Shown piece after piece: positions 37,242 through 46,824 of a stretch of 52,960 nucleotides of DNA. Every line of letters starts with the position of its first letter. The first letter of the stretch is position 1. The position numbers and the translations under genes are program-made. A model generated the notes under the pieces. That model searched no databases and was not told where the DNA came from. It was given only the letters and a program-made list of their open reading frames with translations. The stretch comes from a virus (lineage: Duplodnaviria; Caudoviricetes): IMG/VR virus record IMGVR_UViG_3300016656_000176, positions 1 through 52,960 of that record. The stretch is one strand, 5' to 3'.

Positions 37242-37726
37242 GGGGCGGCCAAACACAGTTCGCGCCTGACCTGTTGCCGAGTGACAACACCAGCGCAGTT
37301 TGATGCAGCAAGGCGGCAATCTTTACCGCCAACGTAAACCCACCGCAAAAACTCATTAGGAGCGCCGTTGCGGTCGCCTGCATTGGACCGAGCCAATAAC
37401 GTCGAGCCGCGATACTTGGTCTCTCCCATCTGAAACACAAAGTCCGCATGGGCAACACGACACAGCCAGCCAACATCGGCCTTTAGATGCTTATCAACGG
37501 CCCCGATTGAGTTCTGCAGATCCTCACGCAGCCAAGCCACACACTGAGTCATGGTGGCCACGTCGCCGCGCTTCACTCCAGCCGTATGCCCGTAGCAGAT
37601 AGTCCAGACACTGGCGCCGTCTTGGTAAGCCTTGAGGCTGACGCCTTCGAAGAACATCACCAGGGCGAGCAGAACCGGCATAAACCCCGCTGCCAGCGGC
37701 AGCACCAGACCGCGCGGCAGCTTCAC
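37238..37726 (-). CDS. GH24 lysozyme, probable SAR endolysin
   Basis: E-x8-D-x5-T triad (FEG...YQD...WT), YGHT; hydrophobic N-terminus. Confidence 0.88.
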   Translation of the reverse strand: MKLPRGLVLPLAAGFMPVLLALVMFFEGVSLKAYQDGASVWTICYGHTAGVKRGDVATMTQCVAWLREDLQNSIGAVDKHLKADVGWLCRVAHADFVFQMGETKYRGSTLLARSNAGDRNGAPNEFLRWVYVGGKDCRLAASNCAGVVTRQQVRRELCLAAP

Positions 37727-37977
37727 TCAGTCACCTCGGGCTTTTTAGCGAGCCATTTAGACTTGATGTGCCAGCCAAGCATCGAGAGCGCATAAAGGAA
37801 CATCAGCCATTGCGTTGCGCTCGTTACCGGCACGCCAAAGAAGGTCGCACCGGCATAAGTCACTGGCGGAACCATCAAGGCTTTCTCAATGGTCTCGGCC
37901 TTGGCCCGCCGGCAGCCGGCAGCGACCAGAACCAGCAGGGCGACCGTTGCGAGCTTCACCCGTTTGATTCTGTTCAT
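37723..37977 (-). CDS. Putative holin
   Basis: Hydrophobic, basic C-terminus, first gene of the lysis cassette. Confidence 0.6.
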   Translation of the reverse strand: MNRIKRVKLATVALLVLVAAGCRRAKAETIEKALMVPPVTYAGATFFGVPVTSATQWLMFLYALSMLGWHIKSKWLAKKPEVTE

Positions 37978-37995
37978 TTGCAGGCTCCAGACAGC

Positions 37996-38108
37996 AAAAA
38001 GCCCCGGCAGGTGACTGCCAGGGCTTCGTATTAGATTGATTGTTAGGGCCGTGAACGCAAACACGCCACGATAGGTGAAACGGTACGGAACTGGGCCAAA
38101 CAAGTCGA
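37996..38108 (-). promoter_or_regulatory. Late promoter pR'-like with tR'-like terminator
   Basis: TCGACT-N17-TACCGT; downstream -10-like TATCGT; hairpin 38001-38024 plus U5. Confidence 0.6.
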
Positions 38109-38152
38109 GCCAACCGGCGTCCAACCGAATCTGACCGCCTCGACGTTACCCG

Positions 38153-38614
38153 TCACACATCCACCGTTGGAATGCGCAACCTCCAAGCGGCCGGGGTATG
38201 CAGGCAAGCCAGCTCCCCCTTAAAGGCACCGCCACAGCCAGCGGGCAAGGTCTTGCCGCACTGGTTGCATGGATAGCGCTGTGCATCCGCTATTTGCCCC
38301 TTGAGCCGGGCCGCATCCTCGCGCACCAGGGCAGCTATGTACTCTTCAACATCGTAGGGGCCATCAATGCCGCCTCTGATTGTTCGCGACTCATCAAGCA
38401 TGGCCCGCTCGACCGGCCCGAGCTTGGCCGTCACCTCTTTAATGTCCTGATCTTTAAGTCGTTCCCGGCGGCGCTGCTGTCGCTTGGTTCCGGCCTTCTT
38501 TTCTTTGGCGTTACCCGTCACACCTTGAACTAACGGCGGGGCCGGTGGTGGCTTCACTGGTCGCCGATGCCCCGCCGGGGCTTCGCTGATATTGACCCCC
38601 TCATGACGGCTCAC
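38153..38614 (-). CDS. Basic protein with C-terminal Cys cluster
   Basis: RQQRRRERLK; CNQC...C...C. Confidence 0.65.
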   Translation of the reverse strand: MSRHEGVNISEAPAGHRRPVKPPPAPPLVQGVTGNAKEKKAGTKRQQRRRERLKDQDIKEVTAKLGPVERAMLDESRTIRGGIDGPYDVEEYIAALVREDAARLKGQIADAQRYPCNQCGKTLPAGCGGAFKGELACLHTPAAWRLRIPTVDV

Positions 38615-38901
38615 TGCTCCAGCCTCCCGGTGATGCGTTCTCGCCACGTCAGGCGGCGGGGCTTCACCACTTTGGCGTTGGCCAAGCTACAAAGCACATA
38701 GCGCAGCCTTGGATAGAAGTCCTTGCGAACTTTGGTACCGAGGTGCGCGATGATCACCTCACGGACTTCTCCTCGCTCTGTATCTTTCAACAGATCGCGA
38801 GCCCATAAGATTGCGGTGTCTTGCTCCAAGTCGTACCAGCGATCACGCCATAGCGTCACTTGGGCACCTTCCGGGCATAGCTTACTCGTCTCATTTGCCA
38901 T
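38611..38901 (-). CDS. Phage hypothetical protein
   Basis: AGGAGGA SD; 96 aa. Confidence 0.7.
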   Translation of the reverse strand: MANETSKLCPEGAQVTLWRDRWYDLEQDTAILWARDLLKDTERGEVREVIIAHLGTKVRKDFYPRLRYVLCSLANAKVVKPRRLTWRERITGRLEQ

Positions 38902-38942
38902 GTACTAAAATCCTCCTTTGCAATGGATTGGTAAAAGAGGCT

Positions 38943-40223
38943 CTAGGCCTTGTCGTTATTGGCTTGCGGGCTGGTCGCTGATGCAAGCGGTCTCGGTGTT
39001 GTCTCGGTGGCACAAAAAAAAGCCAGCCCTTTGGATTCCAGCCACAGGTGCCAGCGTTCCAGGGCGTCGCGCTTGAGGGTTTCGGCGTGAGTGTGGATGT
39101 AGGCGGTCTGCAGATCGTCCATCGCGTGGTTGAGCAGCATTTCCCCGATGAAGTACTCAACGCCCAAATCCAGCCACATGCTTCGGGCGATCTTGCGCAG
39201 GTCGTGGCTGGTCCATTCCCCGGCGGTTAGGGAGGCGATCTTTTCTTGGGCTTGGGTTTCGGTCAGCGGATCACCATCACCACGCGGAAACAGATAGGCA
39301 CCGGTGTAGCCGGTTTGCTTTTGACGGGTTCGATAGGCCTTGAGCAACGCTATGGTGTGCCGGGTTAGGGGTAGCCGATGGTCGCTATCGGTCTTGGTGT
39401 CGTCGGCCGGAATGAACCACTCCCCCTCCCCTTCAAGGGTGACGTTTTGCCACTTGGCCAAGCGCGTTTCGCTGATCCGGGTGCCATGACACAACATCAT
39501 CAACGGCAGCAGGCACACGGCGGTCAGCTGGGAACTGTCTGCAGACAAGCGCTTCACCAGGTCGGGTAGTTGGTGCGGTCGCAGGGCGCAGGGCTTAGGT
39601 CGAATGGGTGTATCAATGAAGTCAGAAAACACCACCTCGGCCAGCGGGTTAACGCTCAGCATTTTTAGCTTGGTCGCCCGTTTGAAGGCCGTTTTCAGCA
39701 GGCCGAACGCTTGTCGGGTATAGGGAAGGCTATGGACTTCCTGCATCGGCCAGATCAGGCGCTTATCCAAGGCGTCATGCTCGACCTGCTGCAGGTTGAG
39801 CGAGCCCACACGCGGTACCAACTGACAAGCCACCAATGAACGCACGGTGCCCTTCCATTTGACTGACAGCTGACGGGTACGCTCGATGCGATCGGCATAC
39901 CAGCGCAACAGATCCTCGACCCGCTCCCAAGAAGTAACCGTCACTAGCGTGGTCGGATCTACAGACAGGTCGGCCAGCTTCTTGGGCAGCAGCTCCAGCG
40001 CGGTCTTGGCGGGAATGTCGGGCCAGTTGCCGAGTTTTCGGCTCGGGCTTTTGCCGTCGATATGACGGACCACATGCCAAGAGCCCCGACCTCGGTTTTT
40101 GCCGAAGCGGAACAACAGGGACGGGTGTCGGTGGTCGCGGACGTTACGGATAACGGATTGTTCAGCCAGGCGCTTTAACTCGGCGTCGGTGAACTTAATG
40201 TGATGGGTTTTGCTTGGGGTCAT
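38943..40223 (-). CDS. Tyrosine recombinase (second integrase-like gene)
   Basis: HGTRISET, DTKT, SHDLRK, LNH, AYIH; homolog of 132-1427. Confidence 0.9.
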   Translation of the reverse strand: MTPSKTHHIKFTDAELKRLAEQSVIRNVRDHRHPSLLFRFGKNRGRGSWHVVRHIDGKSPSRKLGNWPDIPAKTALELLPKKLADLSVDPTTLVTVTSWERVEDLLRWYADRIERTRQLSVKWKGTVRSLVACQLVPRVGSLNLQQVEHDALDKRLIWPMQEVHSLPYTRQAFGLLKTAFKRATKLKMLSVNPLAEVVFSDFIDTPIRPKPCALRPHQLPDLVKRLSADSSQLTAVCLLPLMMLCHGTRISETRLAKWQNVTLEGEGEWFIPADDTKTDSDHRLPLTRHTIALLKAYRTRQKQTGYTGAYLFPRGDGDPLTETQAQEKIASLTAGEWTSHDLRKIARSMWLDLGVEYFIGEMLLNHAMDDLQTAYIHTHAETLKRDALERWHLWLESKGLAFFCATETTPRPLASATSPQANNDKA

Positions 40224-40359
40224 ATCTGACTGCCGATCAAGGCGGCCAGATGATGATTAAGGCATCAGGCCGCGTTTTGAACGTGGCCACCCCCTACCCA
40301 TGAAAAAGACGGGCATACAGCAGGCGCGGGGATGGTTGAAGGGTGCATCAGGGCTGATA

Positions 40360-40881
40360 TCAGTCAGCAGGGCTCTCGGCACGGTCGAGACGCTCAATCT
40401 CGGCCAGCAATAGCGCGGCGGCCTTCACCAGGTTGGCGCGGCGCTCGGTTGGCTTGAACGCGGGAGCCGGAAACGGCCAGTACAGCGTCGCTCGATGGGA
40501 AGGCAAACCGGCGGCCTTGATCGCGTAGCAAATGGCCGCTCGGGGCAACTGATAGTCTGTATAGCCATCGTCGCTCTCAGGTTCGTAACCCTCTTCTTCT
40601 ACTTGCCGGCAACGCTCTTTCAGTACGTCCACAGCAGCTTCACAACGCCGAGCGTAAAAACTCCAGATCGGCGGCTGAGCCTCTCCCGCCTCAACTCCAC
40701 TAACAAGGCTTAACGGCACGATGAACGGTATTTCACCCAAAGGTGCATCACCAGCAGCCACAGGGGTGACTAGATCAACACCGGGCGCAACATCCGCCGG
40801 GGCACCCGAGACAAGATCGGTCGTAGCAGTGTCAGTTTCGGCCTTTACAGCCTTCGGGGTTTTGCTTTTTGGATCGGCCAT
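40360..40881 (-). CDS. Conserved phage protein
   Basis: ERCRQVEEEG...LVKAAALLLAEIERLDR domain. Confidence 0.7.
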   Translation of the reverse strand: MADPKSKTPKAVKAETDTATTDLVSGAPADVAPGVDLVTPVAAGDAPLGEIPFIVPLSLVSGVEAGEAQPPIWSFYARRCEAAVDVLKERCRQVEEEGYEPESDDGYTDYQLPRAAICYAIKAAGLPSHRATLYWPFPAPAFKPTERRANLVKAAALLLAEIERLDRAESPAD

Positions 40882-40914
40882 AACCGGCCCTCCTTGCTCT
40901 GCGTTAATGGGTAT

Positions 40915-41136
40915 TTAGGTCAGCGCAGTGAGCGCCTTGGCACGGTGGACAATCTGGTAATGCTCTGCGGTCTTTTCAGGACTTCCCGGGCTTACGTGGT
41001 GCTTGACCAGATCCCCAACGAATGTCTGTAGGTTTTGCGTGTGCAGCAGTACGTCAATGGCTCGCAGGCAGACGGAACAGCCCGGATTGGTCTTCAACAA
41101 GTGGCTGGCCAGCTCTGCAATTTCAGCGTTTTTCAT
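40915..41136 (-). CDS. Hypothetical protein (CxxC)
   Basis: 73 aa, overlaps the Q-like gene end. Confidence 0.55.
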   Translation of the reverse strand: MKNAEIAELASHLLKTNPGCSVCLRAIDVLLHTQNLQTFVGDLVKHHVSPGSPEKTAEHYQIVHRAKALTALT

Positions 41137-41551
41137 TCACAGTTAACCTCTCGATGATCATTTCTCGCGCTGCAGCCAAACGGCGCTTGTACGTCCTCCA
41201 GCTCAAGCCCAGCACACGCGCTCGGTCCAACTGCGTGGACTCGGAGGGGTCGTAGTCTTGGATCTTCCAGCGCTCACAGACCTGCCACCAACCGGCGGCG
41301 TACTCCAGGCGCAACACATCGGCTTGCTCCAGGCTTTTGGTCGCCATTTCCATGACCACTGATTCAATGCGCAGCTCAATGCCGTCAGCGGGGCCGCTAG
41401 AGCCAGATGGGCCATCGAAATAGATTTCCCCTTTCTTGTCGATCAACTGGGCCAGCATGCTGCTGCCTGACCCAATCCCCCCCAAGCCCCCCGCACACCA
41501 CGCAGCCCAGCCATGCAGCAGCTTGTCTAATGCCGACTCAGGGGCTGCCAT
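41123..41551 (-). CDS. Q-like late antiterminator
   Basis: LLHGWAAW N-terminus, VLRLEY, C-terminal HTH LGLSWRTYKRRL. Confidence 0.6.
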   Translation of the reverse strand: MAAPESALDKLLHGWAAWCAGGLGGIGSGSSMLAQLIDKKGEIYFDGPSGSSGPADGIELRIESVVMEMATKSLEQADVLRLEYAAGWWQVCERWKIQDYDPSESTQLDRARVLGLSWRTYKRRLAAAREMIIERLTVNEKR

Positions 41552-41943
41552 CAGAGGGCCGCAATGCTCAAGCGGTGCTCATAAAAAGCGTCGAGCACGT
41601 CAAGAAAGTGCCTGCAGCCGCCTTGCATGTGCGTGACCTTAGGGTCGTTACGCTCCATGGGCACTGACTCAGAAGGCGTACCCATGACGTGCCAGATCAC
41701 CCCGCCACGGCGGCGAATCTCTTGCGCTTCTTCCAGGGTCATCACGTTGCACGCCACGATGCCGCCCAAAGCTTTATTGGCGTTGGCGTCATTCAAGGCG
41801 ATCACTAGGTCCCGCAACCGTGCAGTACGTCGCGCATCGGTACCGGCCCACGTCTTCAAACGGCTCTCACCGGAACGCTCCAGGCGCTCGGCGATTTCTT
41901 TGCGTTGTTCTGGCTTGCCGCCCGTCAATCCAATCAAAATCAT
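41551..41943 (-). CDS. dNMP-kinase-like protein with degenerate P-loop
   Basis: MILIGLTGG...EAQEIRRRGGVIWHV. Confidence 0.55.
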   Translation of the reverse strand: MILIGLTGGKPEQRKEIAERLERSGESRLKTWAGTDARRTARLRDLVIALNDANANKALGGIVACNVMTLEEAQEIRRRGGVIWHVMGTPSESVPMERNDPKVTHMQGGCRHFLDVLDAFYEHRLSIAAL

Positions 41944-42025
41944 GTTGTTGGTATCTCTCTTCAAAACGGTAAACCGGCAATGCCGGGCATGGCTGAAACT
42001 TGGATCATTCGATACCCGCCGCAAG

Positions 42026-42721
42026 CTAGGCATATGCAGAACCTCTCGATCGCAGGGCACGGAGCGCCGCCAAGGCTTTGTTACCGACCTCTGGACTGCT
42101 GCGCTCGATAGCGCGCGCTGGCAAAGCAAGCGGCATTTTTTGCAGCGGTAGGCCTGCAAGAACACGGCGCACTGTGATCGTGTAATTGCGTTCAAAAAGC
42201 TTAATGCTCAGGTCGTGGGGCAACCGGTTAAGGTGTTCAAATCCACACTCTTTGGCTGTGTGCCACACCGCGTCATGAGACCATTTCGCCTGATCAGCCA
42301 TCGACGGATGCGAGTTGAGGCAAGCCTCCCGGTGAGCGGCAGCCAACCTTGGCAGGCCCAGCATTTCCGGCGTAGGCGTGCACCAACCGATGAAAACACC
42401 CACGTTTGGCACAAAGTCCTTGGCTGCTTGGCGGGCTTGCATCAAGCCGAAGCGCAGCTGCTCGGTGCTGCAAATCCCAGCCTCAAGAAAACCGAGCATC
42501 CACTGCTGCTTGGCGGCTTTGTAGGTCGTCATATCCGGCCAAGCCTGCTTCCAAGCAGGAAATATTGAGCGCAGCTCACGAAACAACCCATTGATGACCT
42601 TGGCGGTTGCGTCCGATAGCTCGGCTGCGGGCTGGATGTTTTCACTTTCACCGGCAGCGATGAATTGGCCTGTCTGGACTTTGGCCCAAAGACCAGTGGC
42701 TATCACTGAAACTTGATTCAT
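42026..42721 (-). CDS. Replication protein P-like
   Basis: Near-identical to 1626-2321. Confidence 0.8.
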   Translation of the reverse strand: MNQVSVIATGLWAKVQTGQFIAAGESENIQPAAELSDATAKVINGLFRELRSIFPAWKQAWPDMTTYKAAKQQWMLGFLEAGICSTEQLRFGLMQARQAAKDFVPNVGVFIGWCTPTPEMLGLPRLAAAHREACLNSHPSMADQAKWSHDAVWHTAKECGFEHLNRLPHDLSIKLFERNYTITVRRVLAGLPLQKMPLALPARAIERSSPEVGNKALAALRALRSRGSAYA

Positions 42722-43515
42722 GCATCAACTCCATTGATCCAGCTGGTGTCGTCATCGTCGAACCCTGGCGCACTGGCATGCGCCCCCACCCCAAGGCTCT
42801 TCACACGTTCGCGCTTGATCCAGGTTGCCAGCCGGAAACACCACCCCGCGGCACTATCCACGGTTGATGGTTTGGCAACATGAAACCCCTTGAAACCTGA
42901 AATCACTTCATCGTTCAGCGAGTCAGATGGCAGGCCAGCGATAGCCATCTGATCTGCCATCGCCTTAGCCGCAGGCTCCCATTGAGCGAACATGGCAAAA
43001 CGTTGGCGGTCATCGGCGACGAGCGCTTGCTGATCCTGCTCGGCAATCACACCGGACAGTTCGCGCTGCAGCTGCTCTTCGGTTAATTGATGGTTAAGTG
43101 ATGTATTGGGTGCAGCTGCTGCACCCCGTTCTGCTTTTTCCTGCACCCCGTTCTGCTGTGAGCTGCACCCCGTGCCGTTATCTGCACCTCGTTCTTGACG
43201 GGGTGCAGCATTTGCACCCCGTTTAATTTGAAGGTCATAGACCACTGGCCGACGGTCGCGACGGTCGATGTAGGCCGCTGCGATTGCCTGATTCCCACGG
43301 ACGATGAAGCCCGACTTCTCCAACTCATCCAGCTTCAGGCGAACCGTCCGCTCACCAAGGCCCGTATCATCAGACAGGGTCTTGGCAGACGGGAACGCAC
43401 CGCGCCCGTCACTACCGGCATAGTTGGCCAAACAGAGAAGGACGTGGCGCGCAGAGGGATTTTCTAGGGCTTGTTTAGGAAGGGAGAGAGCCCAGGACAT
43501 GGCTTGAACGCTCAC
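42718..43515 (-). CDS. Replication initiator (HTH + DnaT-like)
   Basis: MSVQAMSWAL...LLCLANYA...AFPS; internal iterons. Confidence 0.8.
   Translation of the reverse strand: MSVQAMSWALSLPKQALENPSARHVLLCLANYAGSDGRGAFPSAKTLSDDTGLGERTVRLKLDELEKSGFIVRGNQAIAAAYIDRRDRRPVVYDLQIKRGANAAPRQERGADNGTGCSSQQNGVQEKAERGAAAAPNTSLNHQLTEEQLQRELSGVIAEQDQQALVADDRQRFAMFAQWEPAAKAMADQMAIAGLPSDSLNDEVISGFKGFHVAKPSTVDSAAGWCFRLATWIKRERVKSLGVGAHASAPGFDDDDTSWINGVDA
43082..43222. repeat. Origin iterons TGCACCCCGT with adjacent AT-rich tract
   Basis: Copies at 43120, 43142, 43164, 43183 (1 mismatch), 43213 and inverted at 43198. Confidence 0.75.
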
Positions 43516-43574
43516 TGAATGACTCCAAATGTCTTTTTAGGCGAGACATTGCTTGATGCTGAAATGATGCTCAT
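43512..43574 (-). CDS. 20-aa leader peptide coupled to rep
   Basis: MSIISASSNVSPKKTFGVIQ*; GTGA overlap with rep. Confidence 0.5.
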   Translation of the reverse strand: MSIISASSNVSPKKTFGVIQ

Positions 43575-43628
43575 AATGGCCCCGCTTAAAGTTGTACTGA
43601 AGCCGGTCTAAGCCACCGGCTTTTTTTT
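43549..43628 (+). ncRNA. Antisense promoter and ~45-nt OOP-like RNA
   Basis: TTGCTT-N17-CATAAT; AGCCGGT-7-ACCGGCT-T7. Confidence 0.6.
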
Positions 43629-43644
43629 GCCTGCGATTTGGCAA

Positions 43645-43660
43645 CTGGATGGATTAACAG
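43645..43660. promoter_or_regulatory. LexA (SOS) box
   Basis: CTGGATGGATTAACAG. Confidence 0.65.
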
Positions 43661-43738
43661 CTAATCCGAAGCACTATTGCCCGACAGGAAACGAGCGGAC
43701 AATTCACTCTCCAGCTAACTCGATATCATTTCGTTGGG

Positions 43739-43945
43739 TTAGGCGGCGGATTTTTGAGCTGCCTTCTGAGAAGGAAACGGACGAAGCTCTTCGGCGGCGA
43801 AAACACCGCTTTCGATCTCGGTGACATAAATATGCCTGCCGGAACGAAGGGCTTTATTGAGTGAGCCCTGGGAAAGTCCTAGAAGGTTTGCGGCTCTAGT
43901 CTGCCCGTGCAATCGGGCAAACTCCTGAAGAGTTGTGCGGCTCAT
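43739..43945 (-). CDS. cro: Lambda-type Cro
   Basis: TLQEFARLHGQTRAANLLG...AEELRPFPS aligns by eye with lambda Cro. Confidence 0.9.
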   Translation of the reverse strand: MSRTTLQEFARLHGQTRAANLLGLSQGSLNKALRSGRHIYVTEIESGVFAAEELRPFPSQKAAQKSAA

Positions 43946-43974
43946 TAGTCGACCTCCAATGCTGTCTGGCAACA

Positions 43975-44049
43975 AGTATCGCCGCCGGAAATTATTTAAT
44001 CAAGCCCGGCGGCGATTGATAAAATATTGCCGCAAGGAATAATCAGCGC
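43975..44049. promoter_or_regulatory. OR1-3 with PR and PRM
   Basis: 17-bp sites at 43977, 44001, 44025; PR on minus strand TTGATT-N17-GATACT; TTGATA-N16-AATAAT ends 6 nt before the cI ATG. Confidence 0.8.
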
Positions 44050-44793
44050 ATGAAAAAGCGCGAACTCGAAGATTGGGAAAAAGCTGAGTGCCTAGCGCTC
44101 AAGGCGGCTATCGATGCATTCAATGCAGGCAAGCCTCGTCGAGACATCCTTACACAAGGCAAAATTGCAGATGCTCTTGGGATTAATCAGGGATCTGTTA
44201 GCTCATACTTGAATGGCTACAACGCTTTAAACATAAAGGTCGCCAGTATTATTTCTGGCCTGATATCTCAGCCTGTAGAGACATTCAGTCCAAGGCTCGC
44301 GGATGAAATATCAAAGCTGGCAAAGGCCGCTGCTTCAACTTCGTCAGCTTCAGCCGGGTCAAACGTCGAGCAAGGCCCTCAAATCACCAGTGCGCCCCGG
44401 AAGATCAATATCGTAGGTACAGCTCAAATGGGTTCTGATGGTTACTGGAGCGGCCTAGATGGGAATGAGGGCTGGGTGGAAACCTATTCCAGGGACGAGG
44501 ATGCCTATGCACTTCGCCTGAAAGGAGATTCCATGGCGCCAGCGATACGCAACGGATGGATCGCTGTGTGCGAGCCCAACCATCGCCTTGTGCCTGGAGA
44601 GTACGTTATGGTCACAACGACTGACGGCCAGAGCATGGTCAAAGAACTGCTCTTTGAAAATGAAGAGTCTGTGAGCCTCATGTCTGTCAATGCAGCATAT
44701 GGGGAGCGCCGCACTATAGCCTGGGTCGACATTGAGAAGATCCATTATGTGGGGAATATCTTGGCGCCTAGCAAGGTGCTTGGGAATCTCTGA
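44050..44793 (+). CDS. cI: Lambda-like CI repressor
   Basis: NGYNALN...ETFSPRLADEI; GDSMAP S24 Ser; VKEL Lys. Confidence 0.92.
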   Translation: MKKRELEDWEKAECLALKAAIDAFNAGKPRRDILTQGKIADALGINQGSVSSYLNGYNALNIKVASIISGLISQPVETFSPRLADEISKLAKAAASTSSASAGSNVEQGPQITSAPRKINIVGTAQMGSDGYWSGLDGNEGWVETYSRDEDAYALRLKGDSMAPAIRNGWIAVCEPNHRLVPGEYVMVTTTDGQSMVKELLFENEESVSLMSVNAAYGERRTIAWVDIEKIHYVGNILAPSKVLGNL

Positions 44794-45016
44794 CCTCAGA
44801 AGGTGCACCCAGATAGCGATCTCTATAGCAACATCTATATTCCTCAGATTCGGATTGCTCAACTGCTGAGCAAAGATGAAGCTGATGAGATCGAGATAGA
44901 GTATCTTCTTGGCAAACTCCAGTGCTTCTACAATCCCAGAACGCCTGACTCTTGACATAATTCACACGGCATTGTGCTCAAAACTATTATTTATGCTGCT
45001 TGAGAACAGACTCAAC

Positions 45017-45409
45017 ATGACTGAAAACACTCCAGACAAAAGCATTAAAAACGATCGTTTTAGAACAAAATCTGACGACTTCATTCGCTTCCTTGAAACT
45101 AATGCGCCCGAGTCCCCATGCCCTGTATGTAAACATCAAAGCTGGGCGGTTCTATGCGACCCAGGTGAAGATGGAGTCTCGTACAGGGTCACCTCCCCCA
45201 TCAAGAATGCAGGTAGACCGGGTGTAGTTTCGGAATTTTTGGTGCACTGCTCGAATTGCGGCCACACGCGCCGTTTTATGTCGCGAGTGGTTCATCACTG
45301 GGTTGAAAACAACCCTCTTCCTGAAGAGATCGAAGAAATTAGCGCTTCAGAAGAACCAGAGGAACTCGGCCAAGAACCAGACAGCGAGCCGTCACGAGAT
45401 GAAACGTGA
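45017..45409 (+). CDS. Zn-ribbon protein in the immunity region
   Basis: CPVC...CSNC; acidic tail. Confidence 0.65.
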   Translation: MTENTPDKSIKNDRFRTKSDDFIRFLETNAPESPCPVCKHQSWAVLCDPGEDGVSYRVTSPIKNAGRPGVVSEFLVHCSNCGHTRRFMSRVVHHWVENNPLPEEIEEISASEEPEELGQEPDSEPSRDET

Positions 45410-45980
45410 TACGTACACCACTGGGTGTGATGAGATGCGCGAGCGGTTTAAGTCCTACACGGATAGTGCTTATGTAGCTTCCGATGCTGGTGAATTAGAG
45501 GTGCCCGCCGCGCTGGGGGCGGAAGCGCTTTTGTCCGGCTATAGAAGAATGTCGAATGCCGATGACAAACCACCATTGCAAGGCCATACTCAGATAATGA
45601 GCGAAATAAGCAGAGAAGAATTCAACGCAAAACTCGAGACCATTGAAGTAAAAATGGATGCTCGAGTGGAAGCTGTTTCCGCAAAAATCGACGCGTTCGT
45701 GGCAATTCAAGCTGAGCGCGACAAAAGAATGGAAACCGCTCTTAACCAAATCTCTGCCAGTCATGGGGAGATAAAATCGAGCATCGGGTCAATGAAAACC
45801 ACGATGATCGTGACAGCGATCTCCACAGTGCTGGCTATAGTCATAGGTATTGCTGGCTTCAACGCAATGCTTACTTCAAATATGGTTGCATCCTTCCAAA
45901 TGGGAAGAAGTGAGCGGGCGCAAGAACTGCAATCAGCCACAAAGGTTGAACCTGCGCCCCCCCAAACCCAGCAGAAATAG
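45399..45980 (+). CDS. Coiled-coil membrane protein in the immunity region
   Basis: TM segment TAISTVLAIVIGIAGF; start uncertain (45399 or 45597). Confidence 0.6.
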   Translation: MKRDTYTTGCDEMRERFKSYTDSAYVASDAGELEVPAALGAEALLSGYRRMSNADDKPPLQGHTQIMSEISREEFNAKLETIEVKMDARVEAVSAKIDAFVAIQAERDKRMETALNQISASHGEIKSSIGSMKTTMIVTAISTVLAIVIGIAGFNAMLTSNMVASFQMGRSERAQELQSATKVEPAPPQTQQK

Positions 45981-46118
45981 AATAAAGCCCAGCGCTGGGC
46001 TCATTACCCCACCTGCAATCCCCCACCAAGACTCCAAACCTCTCGACACCGTCCCGCCTGCTCCCGCAGGCGTTTTTTTGTGTCACCCACGCTTTCCTCA
46101 TCAACCTGAGGAAGCACC

Positions 46119-46330
46119 CTGAACGACCTTCATGACGATCCTGCCCCCGCCATATTCATCCGCTTGAATCAAAACATTCACGTCTTGGACGCCGCTATCG
46201 AAGAAATAGAAATCTGGATCGATAAATGAGGCTCCACGGAGACTTATCTTCGAGTCAGCGAGCACCTTGAGACGCTACCAGACAAAAGTGACGCCATTGC
46301 TGAGTCACTGGTGGACCTGATAGCTAGATG
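46119..46330 (+). pseudogene. Decayed small gene
   Basis: GAGGA SD before CTG; in-frame TGA at 46227 within a coding-like frame. Confidence 0.35.
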
Positions 46331-46551
46331 GGTGCTGCGTCTGAGGCAGGCCCGGAAGACTAACGCACCTTCTATCACAAACGATTTTGCGCCTCTTACA
46401 CCTAATCAACACTCCAAGCGTAACCGGCAAAGCCAAGGGGATTTGGCCCCGTTTTTGAATGCCAGAGCGGTAACGAAATTTGATTCAGGCAAGCACGCTT
46501 ACGAGCAGCTTTAAACGCGCCCACGAGTAGTTTTTTACCCTCCGAAATATA

Positions 46552-46639
46552 TATCTCCGGCGGCATTGACTTAAAATATCTCCGGCGGCATTATCTATAT
46601 GCGTAGCCGCAGTACGCTGCAGTGACCCGCTCTTTAACA
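46552..46639 (+). promoter_or_regulatory. PL with two operators and boxA
   Basis: TATCTCCGGCGGCATT x2 (46552, 46577); TTGACT-N17-CATTAT; CGCTCTTTAACA at 46628. Confidence 0.82.
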
Positions 46640-46755
46640 ACTTGCAGACGCGCCCTGACGCCATACGGCACTTGAGCTCAGGGAACAGCAAGCAACACAG
46701 CCTGCTTCCGTGACCGATAACTCGACACGCAAGGTTTGCTGGCAACAACGGACAC

Positions 46756-46801
46756 TTTCACTGCTACACCTGGCTTGCCGGGTGCACCGGGAAAGCAACC
46801 G
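46756..46801 (+). repeat. 46-bp hairpin element (copy 2)
   Basis: TTTCACTG-N24-CGGGAAAGCAACCG. Confidence 0.7.
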
Positions 46802-46824
46802 GCCAACAACATAGAGATCAAATC

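Noticed and set aside
38943-40223. Extra recombinase as an IS/transposon or shufflon
   Set aside because: No terminal inverted repeats, target duplication or invertible tail-fibre segments found by eye
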